Of a stretch of 64,000 nucleotides of DNA, positions 45,769 to 55,840 are shown piece by piece (positions within the stretch are counted from its first letter, which is position 1; every line of letters begins with the position of its first letter). The stretch covers positions 186,001 through 250,000 of the forward strand of contig CBFFSA010000014.1 of NCBI GenBank assembly GCA_965644495.1, in the 5' to 3' direction. The translations under genes and the position numbers were made by a program. Under the pieces are notes generated by a model. It did no database searches and had not been told where the DNA came from. It saw only the letters and a program-made list of their open reading frames with translations. Origin of the DNA: Perkinsela sp. CCAP 1560/9. Taxonomy: Eukaryota > Protista > Euglenozoa: Kinetoplastea.

Positions 45769-47613
45769 TTAAAATGTAACTATTTTTTGGGGAGTCGGCA
45801 AAGCATCATTGTGTGTAGCTGGGCGCCTACGAATATAGTCAGCCATCCGGGCAGGGTCAGACAAAAGTGTATCCTCTAGCGTCCGAGTGGGATAATCTCC
45901 CACCGCAGTCTCTGTGAAATAAGCAGAATCTCGCTCCGCCATTGTGCCCGTGGAGGGAGCGCAATTGTTTTGAACATTTTCTGCCCCTTCTGCCATGGAG
46001 CCGGGGGCCTCACCATTTTCAGTGTTTGTAACTTTTTCGTTCGTATCTGTGAATATACTCTCCGCGTGGGAATCGGAGGCATGCGATTGAATTATGTACG
46101 ACAATTCCTCCATACTGTACTCATTCAGCTCATTCAGCTCCTCCGAGGAAAGGGCTTTAACTTTTGATAACGCACGAAGCCGTCGCAGACGACGGGAACG
46201 AAAATATGGCCAGTCGCGTTGAATAAAAGGCCGCCAAAGTGGGTTCACATGCTCCAGATAAATTTGCGGAACGCTCACTGCACGAAGAGTTCCGGACACC
46301 ATATCTCGTATACTGTATGGGCCGATGCTCACCCGCGTCACACGGGAGCATTTGCGACCCAATTTTTCCATGAGAAGCGGGACACGCATCGGAAGCGATC
46401 CTCGAACACTAACACGTACGTAATTTTTACATTCGTCCCATGGTACATGTGCGACATTGAATGTTATATTGTTGTACACGACCCCATCCAGTCGCACCCC
46501 TTTCGTATTAAATGCCTCCGCGAGAACCGGGTCTATTTTCGGAACAACTTTCGCAATGTACGTTCGTTGGATTTGACTACTGGGATGCATCATAAACTGA
46601 GCCAAATCCCCGTCATTGGTTAACAAAATAAGCCCTCGGTCCTCATGTGAGAGGGTACCCATCGGCACTACATGCGAGAGTCCATAAATGGCCGAGAGCC
46701 ATGACCACAGTGTTCGTCGTCCCCTCGACTCGGACATCGCAGGCCCACAGGACATGTTCCGTGGCTTGTAGAACGCCCACAGCTGGGGGGCCTGGAACCG
46801 TAGCCTTCCTCGGTGTCCCTTTACATTAATCACGTCCTCGGGGGTTACCGTCGCGAACGGATTGCGCTCGGGAGATCCGTTTAGAAATACTTCCCCCTCC
46901 GTGATTAACTTTTGCGAGACCTCTCGGGTCGTGAGCCCCGCGCGTGGGAGACAACGGTGAAGGGTAATCGCACGGGGGGCACTTTCCAAACCGTGAGCCG
47001 GGGGAAATGCATCACCCATCTCTGAGAGATCGGGTACGGGGGAGGGGGACATCCCCGGGGTGAAGTCCCGTCGAAGCCTTGCCCCAATGAGATCCTCCTC
47101 CACCACCCCGTCGAGCTCACGTAGTCTCTCCTCCAGCATGGAGTGAGAGAGCTCTTGGGAATCTTTTGTGCTCGTGTCTGATTGATTCCGTGTTTTGGTG
47201 CTTTCGGTCTCGCTCTCAATAAGCGGTATGGGATCGAGACGTGATTCTGGGAGAGTGGGATCTGAAGTGGTAGGGGAGGAAGAATTCCTCTCCCCAGGTA
47301 ACGAGGATCGATCACTACGCACTAGGTCGGGTGTTTGTGGTGTTCCAAGATGGGCAGCAACGGTGTGAAATGCCAGCGAGATTACCGCAGAGTCGTCAGC
47401 ATATTCTGGTTTTTGGTCGTAAGGAGATTCTGAGACATTTGCTCTCGACAACAAGACCTCCGTGGGAGATGCAGCTCTCATCCTTCGCCTACAACAGCAA
47501 AACAGTTCACTAAGTGAATTAACTCTTCTGCTCAAAAAGAAGGTTGCGCTTTTAGACCTCATGGCATCGGTTATGTCAACAGATTTCAAACTTGAATGTC
47601 TTGAAATAATCAA
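45769..47613 (-). CDS. RsuA/RluB-family pseudouridine synthase-like protein with S4 domain, catalytic motif degenerate
   Basis: S4-like RAGLTTREVSQKLITEGEVFLNG, FYKPR, GLILLTNDG, RVSIGPY. GRLD is replaced by GTLS. Start uncertain. Confidence 0.88.
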   Translation of the reverse strand: MIISRHSSLKSVDITDAMRSKSATFFLSRRVNSLSELFCCCRRRMRAASPTEVLLSRANVSESPYDQKPEYADDSAVISLAFHTVAAHLGTPQTPDLVRSDRSSLPGERNSSSPTTSDPTLPESRLDPIPLIESETESTKTRNQSDTSTKDSQELSHSMLEERLRELDGVVEEDLIGARLRRDFTPGMSPSPVPDLSEMGDAFPPAHGLESAPRAITLHRCLPRAGLTTREVSQKLITEGEVFLNGSPERNPFATVTPEDVINVKGHRGRLRFQAPQLWAFYKPRNMSCGPAMSESRGRRTLWSWLSAIYGLSHVVPMGTLSHEDRGLILLTNDGDLAQFMMHPSSQIQRTYIAKVVPKIDPVLAEAFNTKGVRLDGVVYNNITFNVAHVPWDECKNYVRVSVRGSLPMRVPLLMEKLGRKCSRVTRVSIGPYSIRDMVSGTLRAVSVPQIYLEHVNPLWRPFIQRDWPYFRSRRLRRLRALSKVKALSSEELNELNEYSMEELSYIIQSHASDSHAESIFTDTNEKVTNTENGEAPGSMAEGAENVQNNCAPSTGTMAERDSAYFTETAVGDYPTRTLEDTLLSDPARMADYIRRRPATHNDALPTPQKIVTF

Positions 47614-47953
47614 TAGCCTCTAATTCAAAAGTACTGATAATACCGAATATAAAGTTTATATGACCCAATGAAAAGTGACCCACCACTTTTAGTACGCATA
47701 GTACTGTGACTCTATGTCACCCACTTTACACTAAGGAACTTGGACAAATACAAGCTGTGAAAATATGTATTTTTAACACTGCAAACTTGTGATAGTAGAT
47801 AGAATACATTGCGGGGGTTGTTAACAAGCTCTGCCTCTTTCTTCTTTATGGTGGCCGGGTGGGGGTGAATTGAGGGGGGTGATAAAATCGCGAAAAAAAG
47901 GGGGGGGTATGGTCGATGAAAGGAATACTGATGATTTTCATTTTCGCCAGGGG

Positions 47954-48030
47954 GTGTGATTAGCCAAGTCGTTAGGTCCAGTGACTCTACATCTGAGATA
48001 GTTGGGTTCGATTCCCACTAACGTATTTTT
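47954..48030 (+). other. tRNA-like Pol III element or tRNA pseudogene
   Basis: A-box tagccaagtcg, B-box ggttcgattccc and a T5 run, but acceptor and anticodon stems do not pair. Confidence 0.5.
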
Positions 48031-48729
48031 CGTTCGGCTACACAGGGATTAGCTAAGAAGCTTGGGTCCACGATGTCTGCACGGATTAGTCCATTTGCCA
48101 ATCCCACCCATTAGCATTCGCGTTGGAAGGGGGTTCGAACCCGCTACTCGTAGCTTTTGCACAAACTACATGCAGCACGAACGTCGTTAATGGAAAGCAA
48201 TTCGCGAAGCCCCGTTTTACAACAACCACCGCTTTTTAACGAAGCAGCTAGAACACCGACATGATAGTATAGAATACATCAATTGAATTATTGAAATGGG
48301 ACGGCAAACGTTAGTGAGTTTAACCCTAGGGACATGAATAAGTCACCCCCCCCCCTGTTTTTTTTCCTGAAGGAGCCTAGGGAGATCATGATACCATTTT
48401 TTCGTTCAGAATTTCGAGATCTACACGTTCCCGCTATTTTTAGCTGCCTTTAAAAAAATAAAAAAAAAGCTAAATTAAAAAAAAATTAATTCGCGATTTG
48501 CGAGCCTCCCCAGAATTCGGACTTCTTTCTACGTTTAAACCCTGTTTTGGGGTTTTATTGGGTCCCCAGCGCAATGGAGTTTCCCTAGTCAGCATAATCT
48601 CATTACTTAACACCTGAGAGAAAACGGATGATCACAATATTTGTTGACTGAGATCTCATGACTGATCTATTTTCCAACGCTTTTGTTGCACATACAATAT
48701 TGTATACTTGTATGTCATGCTCTTACGTG

Positions 48730-49020
48730 CTAGTACTCCTTCGTTCTCACATGACGTGGTTCACGTTGGATGGATATTTTATGATGATTCACGCTGTCGG
48801 CTCGACATTTATGAGACTTCCACATGTTTTTGGACATTAGCATAATATCATTCATTTTTTCCAAAGAATCAAGATGCTGTTTGCTAGATTCGTGTTCGAC
48901 AGCGTGATGGTCGGGAAATACATCACAGCAGAGCTTGCACCAATGCTTCGATTTAGTTGATCGCCTGTAAAACAATTTTAATGCTCGACGAGGACCCCGT
49001 AGTAATAACGACACATGCAT
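48730..49020 (-). CDS. Small protein with a U1/matrin-like zinc finger, predicted mitochondrial
   Basis: Arg-rich N-terminus; WCKLC-x11-H-x5-H. Confidence 0.5.
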   Translation of the reverse strand: MHVSLLLRGPRRALKLFYRRSTKSKHWCKLCCDVFPDHHAVEHESSKQHLDSLEKMNDIMLMSKNMWKSHKCRADSVNHHKISIQREPRHVRTKEY

Positions 49021-49269
49021 CAACTAGAATTAAGGCAATTTTTTTAAAGTCTGGAATGTATGCCAAATAATCTAAGGGGGGGGTGCGGATTTTTTTGGTA
49101 ATATACCTGTGAAACGGTTATTAAGGATAAAAGCAATTAAGGCAGAATGAATTTAAAAATTAATTACTGCCTTAATTAAAGTATTAAAAAAAGTATTAAA
49201 TTTGGAACATTGGCAAAGATAAAATCATGGTTTTATTGTAACCTGCACCTCTAACGAAGACTTTATTAT

Positions 49270-49385
49270 ATTGAAGGAGATACTACTCCCTCGCTACCGT
49301 AGGTTATTTCGTCGTGCCCGATTTCGTGCCCGATGTGTGGCCGGATTTCGTGCCCGATATCGTTTCAGGTGAGTTTTCGAAAAAA
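49270..49385. repeat. Dispersed repeat with 12-bp cgtgcccgattt units
   Basis: An inverted related copy lies at ~24580-24667. Confidence 0.75.
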
Positions 49386-49748
49386 AAAATGTTTACAAAG
49401 ACGTATGAATTGAGTGACAAAATCACTAGTTTTTCAACAATTCCGATGGGTACCCTCTGCCCCCATCCCCTCCTCACCAGGGTGGTCATAGCAATCTTTG
49501 AAATTTTGAAAAATTGATTATTGCCTTAATTAAATTGCCTTAATTACCCTTAATTGAGGTTTCGACGATAAATCTGTTTGGTACTGTTTTGTAATATAAA
49601 TCTGCGAATACAAAACGAGTGTTTTGTCCCCTTTCACTCTGCTTGACCAGACCCCCCATATTCTATTTATCTGATCGACGCTCCTGTAAATATATCATCC
49701 TGTAGACGCTAAATCTGTTAAAACTTATTCGCATCCGATAATGAAGTG

Positions 49749-50441
49749 TCAAGTCACACACCGCTTTGCAAGCTTTTCCTTCAGTGTATTGACTTCGCTT
49801 TGAAGTTTGCTGCATTTCTCGGAAAGTTCTTCGAGTTCAACGCTTTTGTTTGCTAATGTTTCATTTAGCTCCGTGTGCTCGGCGCTGTTTACAACTATGT
49901 TTCTTAAATTATTTTTCAATTTTCCGATTTCCAATTTCGTTATCTCATAATTTTCACGCTCAAGGCCCAAATGAAATTCATATTCCTCTACGTTTTCACG
50001 CAATTGTTCGAGGTTGTGCTTTTCTGCCACCGCCCAAATGTTGTCTGAATTTTTATTGGTGCTGGTAACACTGCTGAGTAATTGACCGAGCTCTGCTCTC
50101 TTAGTACGTAGCTTTTGATGTTTTGCCTTCAATTCGTATTCGTTCATGATATCGGTCATTTCGGGAGAAGGATACACGCCGAGTACCTTCTTGTGAGCCA
50201 CTGCATTCTCCGCGGTTTGATACGCTTTCCAGAGCTCGTTTAATAGCTTCGAATCTCCGCTGGATTCTGCTCTAGAAAAGAGACACGCGGGACACCGTGT
50301 AAATGATCTACATCGCGTGTTGAAGAGCATTTTGCTCTTAAAAAACGAATGTATCCCAGTTTGTGTAACATATTGGCGTCGAAGCATTGTCTGAGTATGC
50401 CAAAGATATGAAGCTGTATAACTCATCGTCGGGCATGCCAT
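49749..50441 (-). CDS. Hypothetical coiled-coil protein, possibly mitochondrial
   Basis: 230-aa ORF on the gene strand; heptad-rich C-terminus; MLRR-type internal start. Confidence 0.7.
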   Translation of the reverse strand: MACPTMSYTASYLWHTQTMLRRQYVTQTGIHSFFKSKMLFNTRCRSFTRCPACLFSRAESSGDSKLLNELWKAYQTAENAVAHKKVLGVYPSPEMTDIMNEYELKAKHQKLRTKRAELGQLLSSVTSTNKNSDNIWAVAEKHNLEQLRENVEEYEFHLGLERENYEITKLEIGKLKNNLRNIVVNSAEHTELNETLANKSVELEELSEKCSKLQSEVNTLKEKLAKRCVT

Positions 50442-50699
50442 TTTTTCCCGTTTCTTATAGCATGACGAATAGTATCGTAAAATTTTAAAATAGAATCCGT
50501 AGAACTTACGATAAGAAAAAGTCAGCTTTTGTTTTAAGCACCAAAATACGACTACAGCCCTTCAAAATCAACGAATACTTCAAAGAAAAGTCGTTTTCTG
50601 GAAGCGAATTCGAAATTTGAACTTCACGCAAGGTCACTAAACACAAAATTACAGTTAACATTTTTTCCCGAGAAAACACGGTGCCTATCTCAATTTTTT

Positions 50700-52571
50700 T
50701 CAGTTCGTGCTCGGATCCTTTTCAACTATCGGTACACAGCATAGCCAACGCACGGACTGCGTCTCGTCCTCCGGATCCTCACAAAACGGAATATGCCACA
50801 TTCGTTTTCCCCCTTTCCGTTGAAACTGCATATACGGCGGATCCTCCGTACTGATTTTCATAAAACAACGAAGGCACAGCACCTTTTTCTCCTGCTTTTC
50901 AAACACCACCTCCTCCACCGCATGGGGAAACATTTTCCTCACCACCCCCTCCACCAGCTCCGTTGAGGCTATATCCTGCGCCCCCTGCATGTGAAACCCC
51001 AGCAGCGCCCTCTCCGCCTCCTCCCCCATCCCCCGATGCTGGTACACCCGCATCATGGCCTCATAACTCCCCGCGGTGAACCGCACCCCCACATTCCCCG
51101 CAAACGTCCGTAGCTGCTGGATCTGCTCCAGCGCACTGGTGGCCGCGAGGGCACGGAAGATGGGCTCGAAGCACCGCCCCTTCATGTAGCGCAGTGGACG
51201 GGAGCGTAGGAACGCAATGGCGTCGTGTACGCGGCCATCCTCACAGAGTACCGCAACGGCGGCGAGCGTAACCTCGGGGGTCCAGGTGAAGGTGGGGCCT
51301 GCGGCATAGGCACGGTCGAGTACGGTGAAGGCGTGGGCCCTGTGTTCGTTGCGAATACGACTTGCCTCCGTGCTGTTGTTCGTGTTGTCGCTGTTCGGAT
51401 TCGCGATGACTCTGCGACAGTGCTGGAGGACGGTGGCGGTGGTGGCGGGGGTGTCGGGGAGGTGGGGGTTGGACTGTAGGGTGTGGAGGAGGGCGGCGAT
51501 ACGGGAGGGGAGGGTGGTGAGGTCGGGGGTGGGGAGAGGGGGGAGGGAGGGGGGAGGGAGAGGGGGGTGACCGATGGGGTCGAGGAGGGGGGAGGGGAGG
51601 GAGGGGGGTTGTGTTGGTTGTGGTGGTGTTGGGGTTTCTGATGGTTGTTGTGCTTGTTGTTGCTGCTGGCATTCTTGTTGTTGTTGTTGTACATGCTGCT
51701 GCTGCTGCTGCCATTCTTGTTGTTGTTGTGACAATTGTTGTTGTTGTGACAATTGTTGTTCTTGTGACAATTGTTGTTGTTGTGATAATTGTTGTTGTTG
51801 TGATAATTGTTGTTGTTGTGATAATTGTTGTTGTTGTGATAATTGTAGTTGTTGTTGTTGTGATAATTGTTGTTGTTGCCATTCTTGTTGTTGTTGTTGT
51901 TGTACATGCTGCTGCTGCTGCTGCCATTCTTGTTGTTGTTGTTGCTGCCATTGTTCAGGTTGTTGTTGTGTAGACGGGTGGTGAGGGTTATCAAAACCCA
52001 TGAGTGAGGCGGGTGTTGATGTTTGGGCGTATTCCATCGATACAGTTGTTGTTGTGGCCGTTGTTGTTGTATGGAGGGGTGGAGTGGGGGATGAGGAAGA
52101 GGAAGGGGTGTAGGGGGGAGAGGGTGAGTCGGAGGTGAAGGGGTTGGTTACGTAAGGAGGGTCTTGGATTTGCTCTCCTGCATGGGGTATGTTGGAAAGG
52201 GTAGAGTTGTTTGGAGGGGTGGAAGGGGATGACTGGTCGGGGGATGGAGCACTCTCATGGGGGTCACGTGTGGCTCCGTCTTGGTCCTTAAATGATGACT
52301 CGTCAGGGCATTCAGTGAATGTGGTGTTTACCATGGTGGCGGAGAATCCTTTCTGCATGTGAAGCTGATGAATTTGCTCACTGGAAAGCGGGGGTGAAGC
52401 TGTAAAGCTTTCACCTTGAGAAGAGAGCTCAGCCGCTACATGCGGACTAAAATCTGAAAACCCAGTTTGCGGGTTTGTGTGTACACGACGTGTAAAATGA
52501 GCGAAAGTTTGGGAGAAAGAATAAAGCCCTGACGTAGAGCCTCGAAACCCACGAAGAGTGTACATGTGCAT
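50700..52571 (-). CDS. PRORP-like PPR protein with poly-Gln tract and Zn-binding central domain, lacking the NYN domain
   Basis: PPR-like repeats, then CLRC, PPY, WHIP and WLC in PRORP order; presequence-like N-terminus. Confidence 0.75.
   Translation of the reverse strand: MHMYTLRGFRGSTSGLYSFSQTFAHFTRRVHTNPQTGFSDFSPHVAAELSSQGESFTASPPLSSEQIHQLHMQKGFSATMVNTTFTECPDESSFKDQDGATRDPHESAPSPDQSSPSTPPNNSTLSNIPHAGEQIQDPPYVTNPFTSDSPSPPYTPSSSSSPTPPLHTTTTATTTTVSMEYAQTSTPASLMGFDNPHHPSTQQQPEQWQQQQQQEWQQQQQHVQQQQQQEWQQQQLSQQQQLQLSQQQQLSQQQQLSQQQQLSQQQQLSQEQQLSQQQQLSQQQQEWQQQQQHVQQQQQECQQQQQAQQPSETPTPPQPTQPPSLPSPLLDPIGHPPLPPPSLPPLPTPDLTTLPSRIAALLHTLQSNPHLPDTPATTATVLQHCRRVIANPNSDNTNNSTEASRIRNEHRAHAFTVLDRAYAAGPTFTWTPEVTLAAVAVLCEDGRVHDAIAFLRSRPLRYMKGRCFEPIFRALAATSALEQIQQLRTFAGNVGVRFTAGSYEAMMRVYQHRGMGEEAERALLGFHMQGAQDIASTELVEGVVRKMFPHAVEEVVFEKQEKKVLCLRCFMKISTEDPPYMQFQRKGGKRMWHIPFCEDPEDETQSVRWLCCVPIVEKDPSTN
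51640..51970. repeat. CAA/CAG poly-Gln repeat with 18-bp LSQQQQ units
   Basis: Tandem tgataattgttgttgttg units. Confidence 0.95.
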
Positions 52572-52715
52572 AGAAGAAGTATGAAAAATCAGATTAATTC
52601 TCTAAATCAGATACTGCTAGATTGGCGAAGTAAATAATTATGATTATCAAAAGTCAAGGAAAGAAAAAGGAATGCAGCACGCAAAAAGACGTCCTCCACA
52701 GTAGTCATTCATCCA

Positions 52716-54095
52716 TTATACCGAATCTGGGTACATTTCCAGAATCATCGTGCGAACAGGATCATCTTTACTTTTGAGAAGCGTAGCGCACTGAAATACA
52801 ATAATTTCAGTGTCCACAACATTGAACATACGACTGTTGTTTTCTGTGTTAAAATACGCGTATTGTGATTTAGGGATGTACAGGTGAAGATTAACGCAAG
52901 TGTTGTTCGAGATGGACGATACCCATGTAGAGAGAACCGTCGGAGGCCGAGATAAATAGCTGGAGAGATCCGTCGCACCTCCCCCTATTCGCTTCTCGTG
53001 TGTGAATCGAATATTCCACCAATAAGGAATTACGGAGACATAATGAACAGAGAGCCCGTTGACGCCTTCAAATGGGCGAAGCAGCGAACGCTCAAGAAAA
53101 GAGTCCCCGAACAGCGCCTCTGCAAAATCTTCGTCATAGGGAATGTCGAGGGTGAACACCCACTTGGGCCTACAGCTCTGCGTCACACGATGCAGAAGCT
53201 CATTTCCAAGTTCAGCGCGCAACACGCTGCCGAAACTACCGAAAAATCTGTCGGTTTCGTAGAATGCCGAACCGAACACCATCGGGGCACCGGGACTGTT
53301 TTCGGTAAAAGCATTGAGGGGCGACGCACATAAGTCAATAACAGTGTAGCCGGACTGCACGAGCCTTTCCTTCAGTCGAAGATCGGCACACAGCTGTAAC
53401 GATCCACTTCGCAGAATGCGTATGTAGCGAATTAAAACCGTAGCAATGCGGTAAAGAATCTCTTCGGGCGCCTGAGGGGAGTTTGTCCGGTAAAGCCGCC
53501 GAAGTCGTTCGTAGGTAGCGGCGGGAACAGAAATGGAGAAAGCATAGGGCTCGGCATTCACGACAACCGCAACTTGCAGATGCACGGAATGCCCAATACA
53601 GGAAGGGAGAGTGGGTTTTTTGGAAGCTGTCCTCGGTAAGTAGTCTTCGCGGACCAGTCGCAAGGTAGAAAGTTGTGTTACTCCCTTTAAAGTGCAAATC
53701 TCGTTCCATGATTTTTGACATTTCACAATTAAGGAAAAGTTTTGGAGAAAGCTTCGTAATCGATCAATGTCTTCGGAGTGGTGCAGATCTAGCAGGAGCG
53801 CTGTATCACGTAGGAGTTGTGCATCGTAGGTGGGACCAGCAAGAGGAAGGAATGCCATGGCAGGTGGAAACTGTCCTGATTTCTGAACTCGAAAAGGTGA
53901 GGATTGACTCAGAATCCACTTTGCTAAGGCCTCCCACAGCTTGCGCTCTGCTCTGGCGTGTTGCAATACTTTGCGTACCGGGAAAGCTTGCTTTAGCGCC
54001 ACATGGAACTCAACGTTTATTGAAGTCCAGGCTCGTTCAAGCAATACTTCGGAAACAAGCGCTTCGAGGGCGCCTGATTGATCCTCCAGCTGCAT
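52716..54095 (-). CDS. PCIF1/CAPAM-like cap adenosine N6-methyltransferase
   Basis: LIRY...SLQ, DLCASPLN, FGSAFYETDRFFGSFGS and DIPY at the NPPF position. No WW domain. Confidence 0.8.
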   Translation of the reverse strand: MQLEDQSGALEALVSEVLLERAWTSINVEFHVALKQAFPVRKVLQHARAERKLWEALAKWILSQSSPFRVQKSGQFPPAMAFLPLAGPTYDAQLLRDTALLLDLHHSEDIDRLRSFLQNFSLIVKCQKSWNEICTLKGVTQLSTLRLVREDYLPRTASKKPTLPSCIGHSVHLQVAVVVNAEPYAFSISVPAATYERLRRLYRTNSPQAPEEILYRIATVLIRYIRILRSGSLQLCADLRLKERLVQSGYTVIDLCASPLNAFTENSPGAPMVFGSAFYETDRFFGSFGSVLRAELGNELLHRVTQSCRPKWVFTLDIPYDEDFAEALFGDSFLERSLLRPFEGVNGLSVHYVSVIPYWWNIRFTHEKRIGGGATDLSSYLSRPPTVLSTWVSSISNNTCVNLHLYIPKSQYAYFNTENNSRMFNVVDTEIIVFQCATLLKSKDDPVRTMILEMYPDSV

Positions 54096-54352
54096 TCTAT
54101 CCGATTATAACGGTGTGCGAATCAAAAGAGTCAGAAAAAGCCATACGACTTTTAGCTTTTGACATGTGAAATTAGATCTTCAAGGGCGAAAGGTGCTTAC
54201 ATAGACTAGGAGAATTAAAGGAACGTCAAAGGATTTGTACGCCTGTAAAAAGGTGACGTCGCATAAAATGCTATCATTATCACTATTGCAGAAAGGAATT
54301 ACAATAGTAAAAAATATACATAAACGCATGTACATGAACGTTCGACCAACTT

Positions 54353-55687
54353 TTATTCATCTGATTTTCCCCAGACAGCTTTTCGTTTTTTCCATGGCTC
54401 TTTCTTCACCCTTTCCCGTCGCTTTTCATTAGTACGATCGATGTTAAGTGTGCCCTCATCGTAATCCTGAGGCAAGACCCCTTCCGTTTTCCACTGCTTG
54501 ACTCTTTCCTTCAGTAGATCGCGAGCGCCAATCTTTTTCTGGGACAACTCGCTGACACTGCTTGAAGGTACATAATCAAAGTACTCTCGTCGTGGCAGGA
54601 AGTGCATGGGATTACGTATCTTAAAATGCCAATGCACATGGTAAAACATCTTATCATTTTGCGGAATCGACTCCGCCACGCGCATTCGGACATATCGGTG
54701 TCGAATCGCGGTAATCAGTCGACTGGAGAAATCGAACAGCAACGGCTTCACCTGCTCATAATACTTCTCGCTGTGCACCGCATTCAGCGCCCGTACATAC
54801 GGCTCACACGGTACCGCATGTAAATTCGTACGGGTCGCAATCATCTCCCGCAACACCTGTACCACCCCCTCCTCATCCTTTGTCATCCCTGCGGCATCCA
54901 ACACGTGACCCCATAACGCAATCGGGAAATGCGGAGACGTGTTCCATCGTTCCTTCTTTGAGAATTCAAACAAATCTTTCCACATTGGGTCTTCAAATTT
55001 ACTCGCCGCATACATAAGAGCGAGAGCGAGACACAGCGGTGGGTTACGTCGAGATCCCATCGCATGCTGCAATGCATTTGACGCAGCCTCTGGACACGAG
55101 GTCGCGGATTCCGTGTCCGGGTTATTCCCACTATGGTACGTACGCATTGCATTAAGGTTACGAAAATCCGCTTTCCAGGTCTCCGAGGCACTCGGGAGTG
55201 TACTCGGCAGGGCGCCCGCCGCAAGCCAGGGCTCGATGTACTGAGGCGAGCCATCCCGCTCCCAGATCTCTCGGAGTTGTGCAAACACCGAAGCGCTCGG
55301 GCACATCTCGACCAGCTTAGAAAACAAAACATGCCGCTGGGTCTCGGGGAGCACACGAGCGATACGGCAGTACTGCGTGAGGAGGGTAGAGGAAGACTCG
55401 ATGGATTCCGGGGACGCTGTGCTTTGCTGACACACGTGGTCAAGAAAAGGACGGAGCGCGATTTGTAGCGCCGGGTGGAGCTCGTGGTGGAGACTTAGAC
55501 GAAAGGAGTTGTCCCCACGACGGGAGTGGTTGTGCCAGACCAGCCCGAGGTTGCGGTTGTGTAGCCGTGGGCGGTCAATTCCTCCCGGGTTAAGGTAGTG
55601 CCACCCGAAGGGACTGTAGGAGGCGTTCGGACAGTTATCGGGATCGGTTTGGTGATGTAGACGTCGTAGGCGGGTGCGGCGAAGCAT
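54353..55687 (-). CDS. Hypothetical mitochondrial protein with PPR-like helices
   Basis: MLRRTRLRR presequence; LWGHVLDAAGMTKDEEGVVQVLREM. Confidence 0.75.
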   Translation of the reverse strand: MLRRTRLRRLHHQTDPDNCPNASYSPFGWHYLNPGGIDRPRLHNRNLGLVWHNHSRRGDNSFRLSLHHELHPALQIALRPFLDHVCQQSTASPESIESSSTLLTQYCRIARVLPETQRHVLFSKLVEMCPSASVFAQLREIWERDGSPQYIEPWLAAGALPSTLPSASETWKADFRNLNAMRTYHSGNNPDTESATSCPEAASNALQHAMGSRRNPPLCLALALMYAASKFEDPMWKDLFEFSKKERWNTSPHFPIALWGHVLDAAGMTKDEEGVVQVLREMIATRTNLHAVPCEPYVRALNAVHSEKYYEQVKPLLFDFSSRLITAIRHRYVRMRVAESIPQNDKMFYHVHWHFKIRNPMHFLPRREYFDYVPSSSVSELSQKKIGARDLLKERVKQWKTEGVLPQDYDEGTLNIDRTNEKRRERVKKEPWKKRKAVWGKSDE

Positions 55688-55840
55688 TGGGATAGGAGAA
55701 GGGAAGGGTGAAGTAAGAAATCCGTGAGGGAAGATGTAAAACAATGAATAAAGTGCAAAGAAGATTTTTGTAAATACAGTGAAGAATTTTTTTTACGCTA
55801 AGAAAATAGTATGGTGTGCCAAGCAAATACAGTAAGTAGT

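Noticed and set aside
47954-48030. Amber-suppressor tRNA (CTA at 47987-47989)
   Set aside because: Anticodon and acceptor stems do not pair, position 37 is a pyrimidine, and TAG appears to be an ordinary stop here (frataxin, carrier).
51182-51994. Poly-Cys, poly-Val, poly-Thr and poly-Asn ORFs
   Set aside because: Alternative frames of the poly-Gln repeat.
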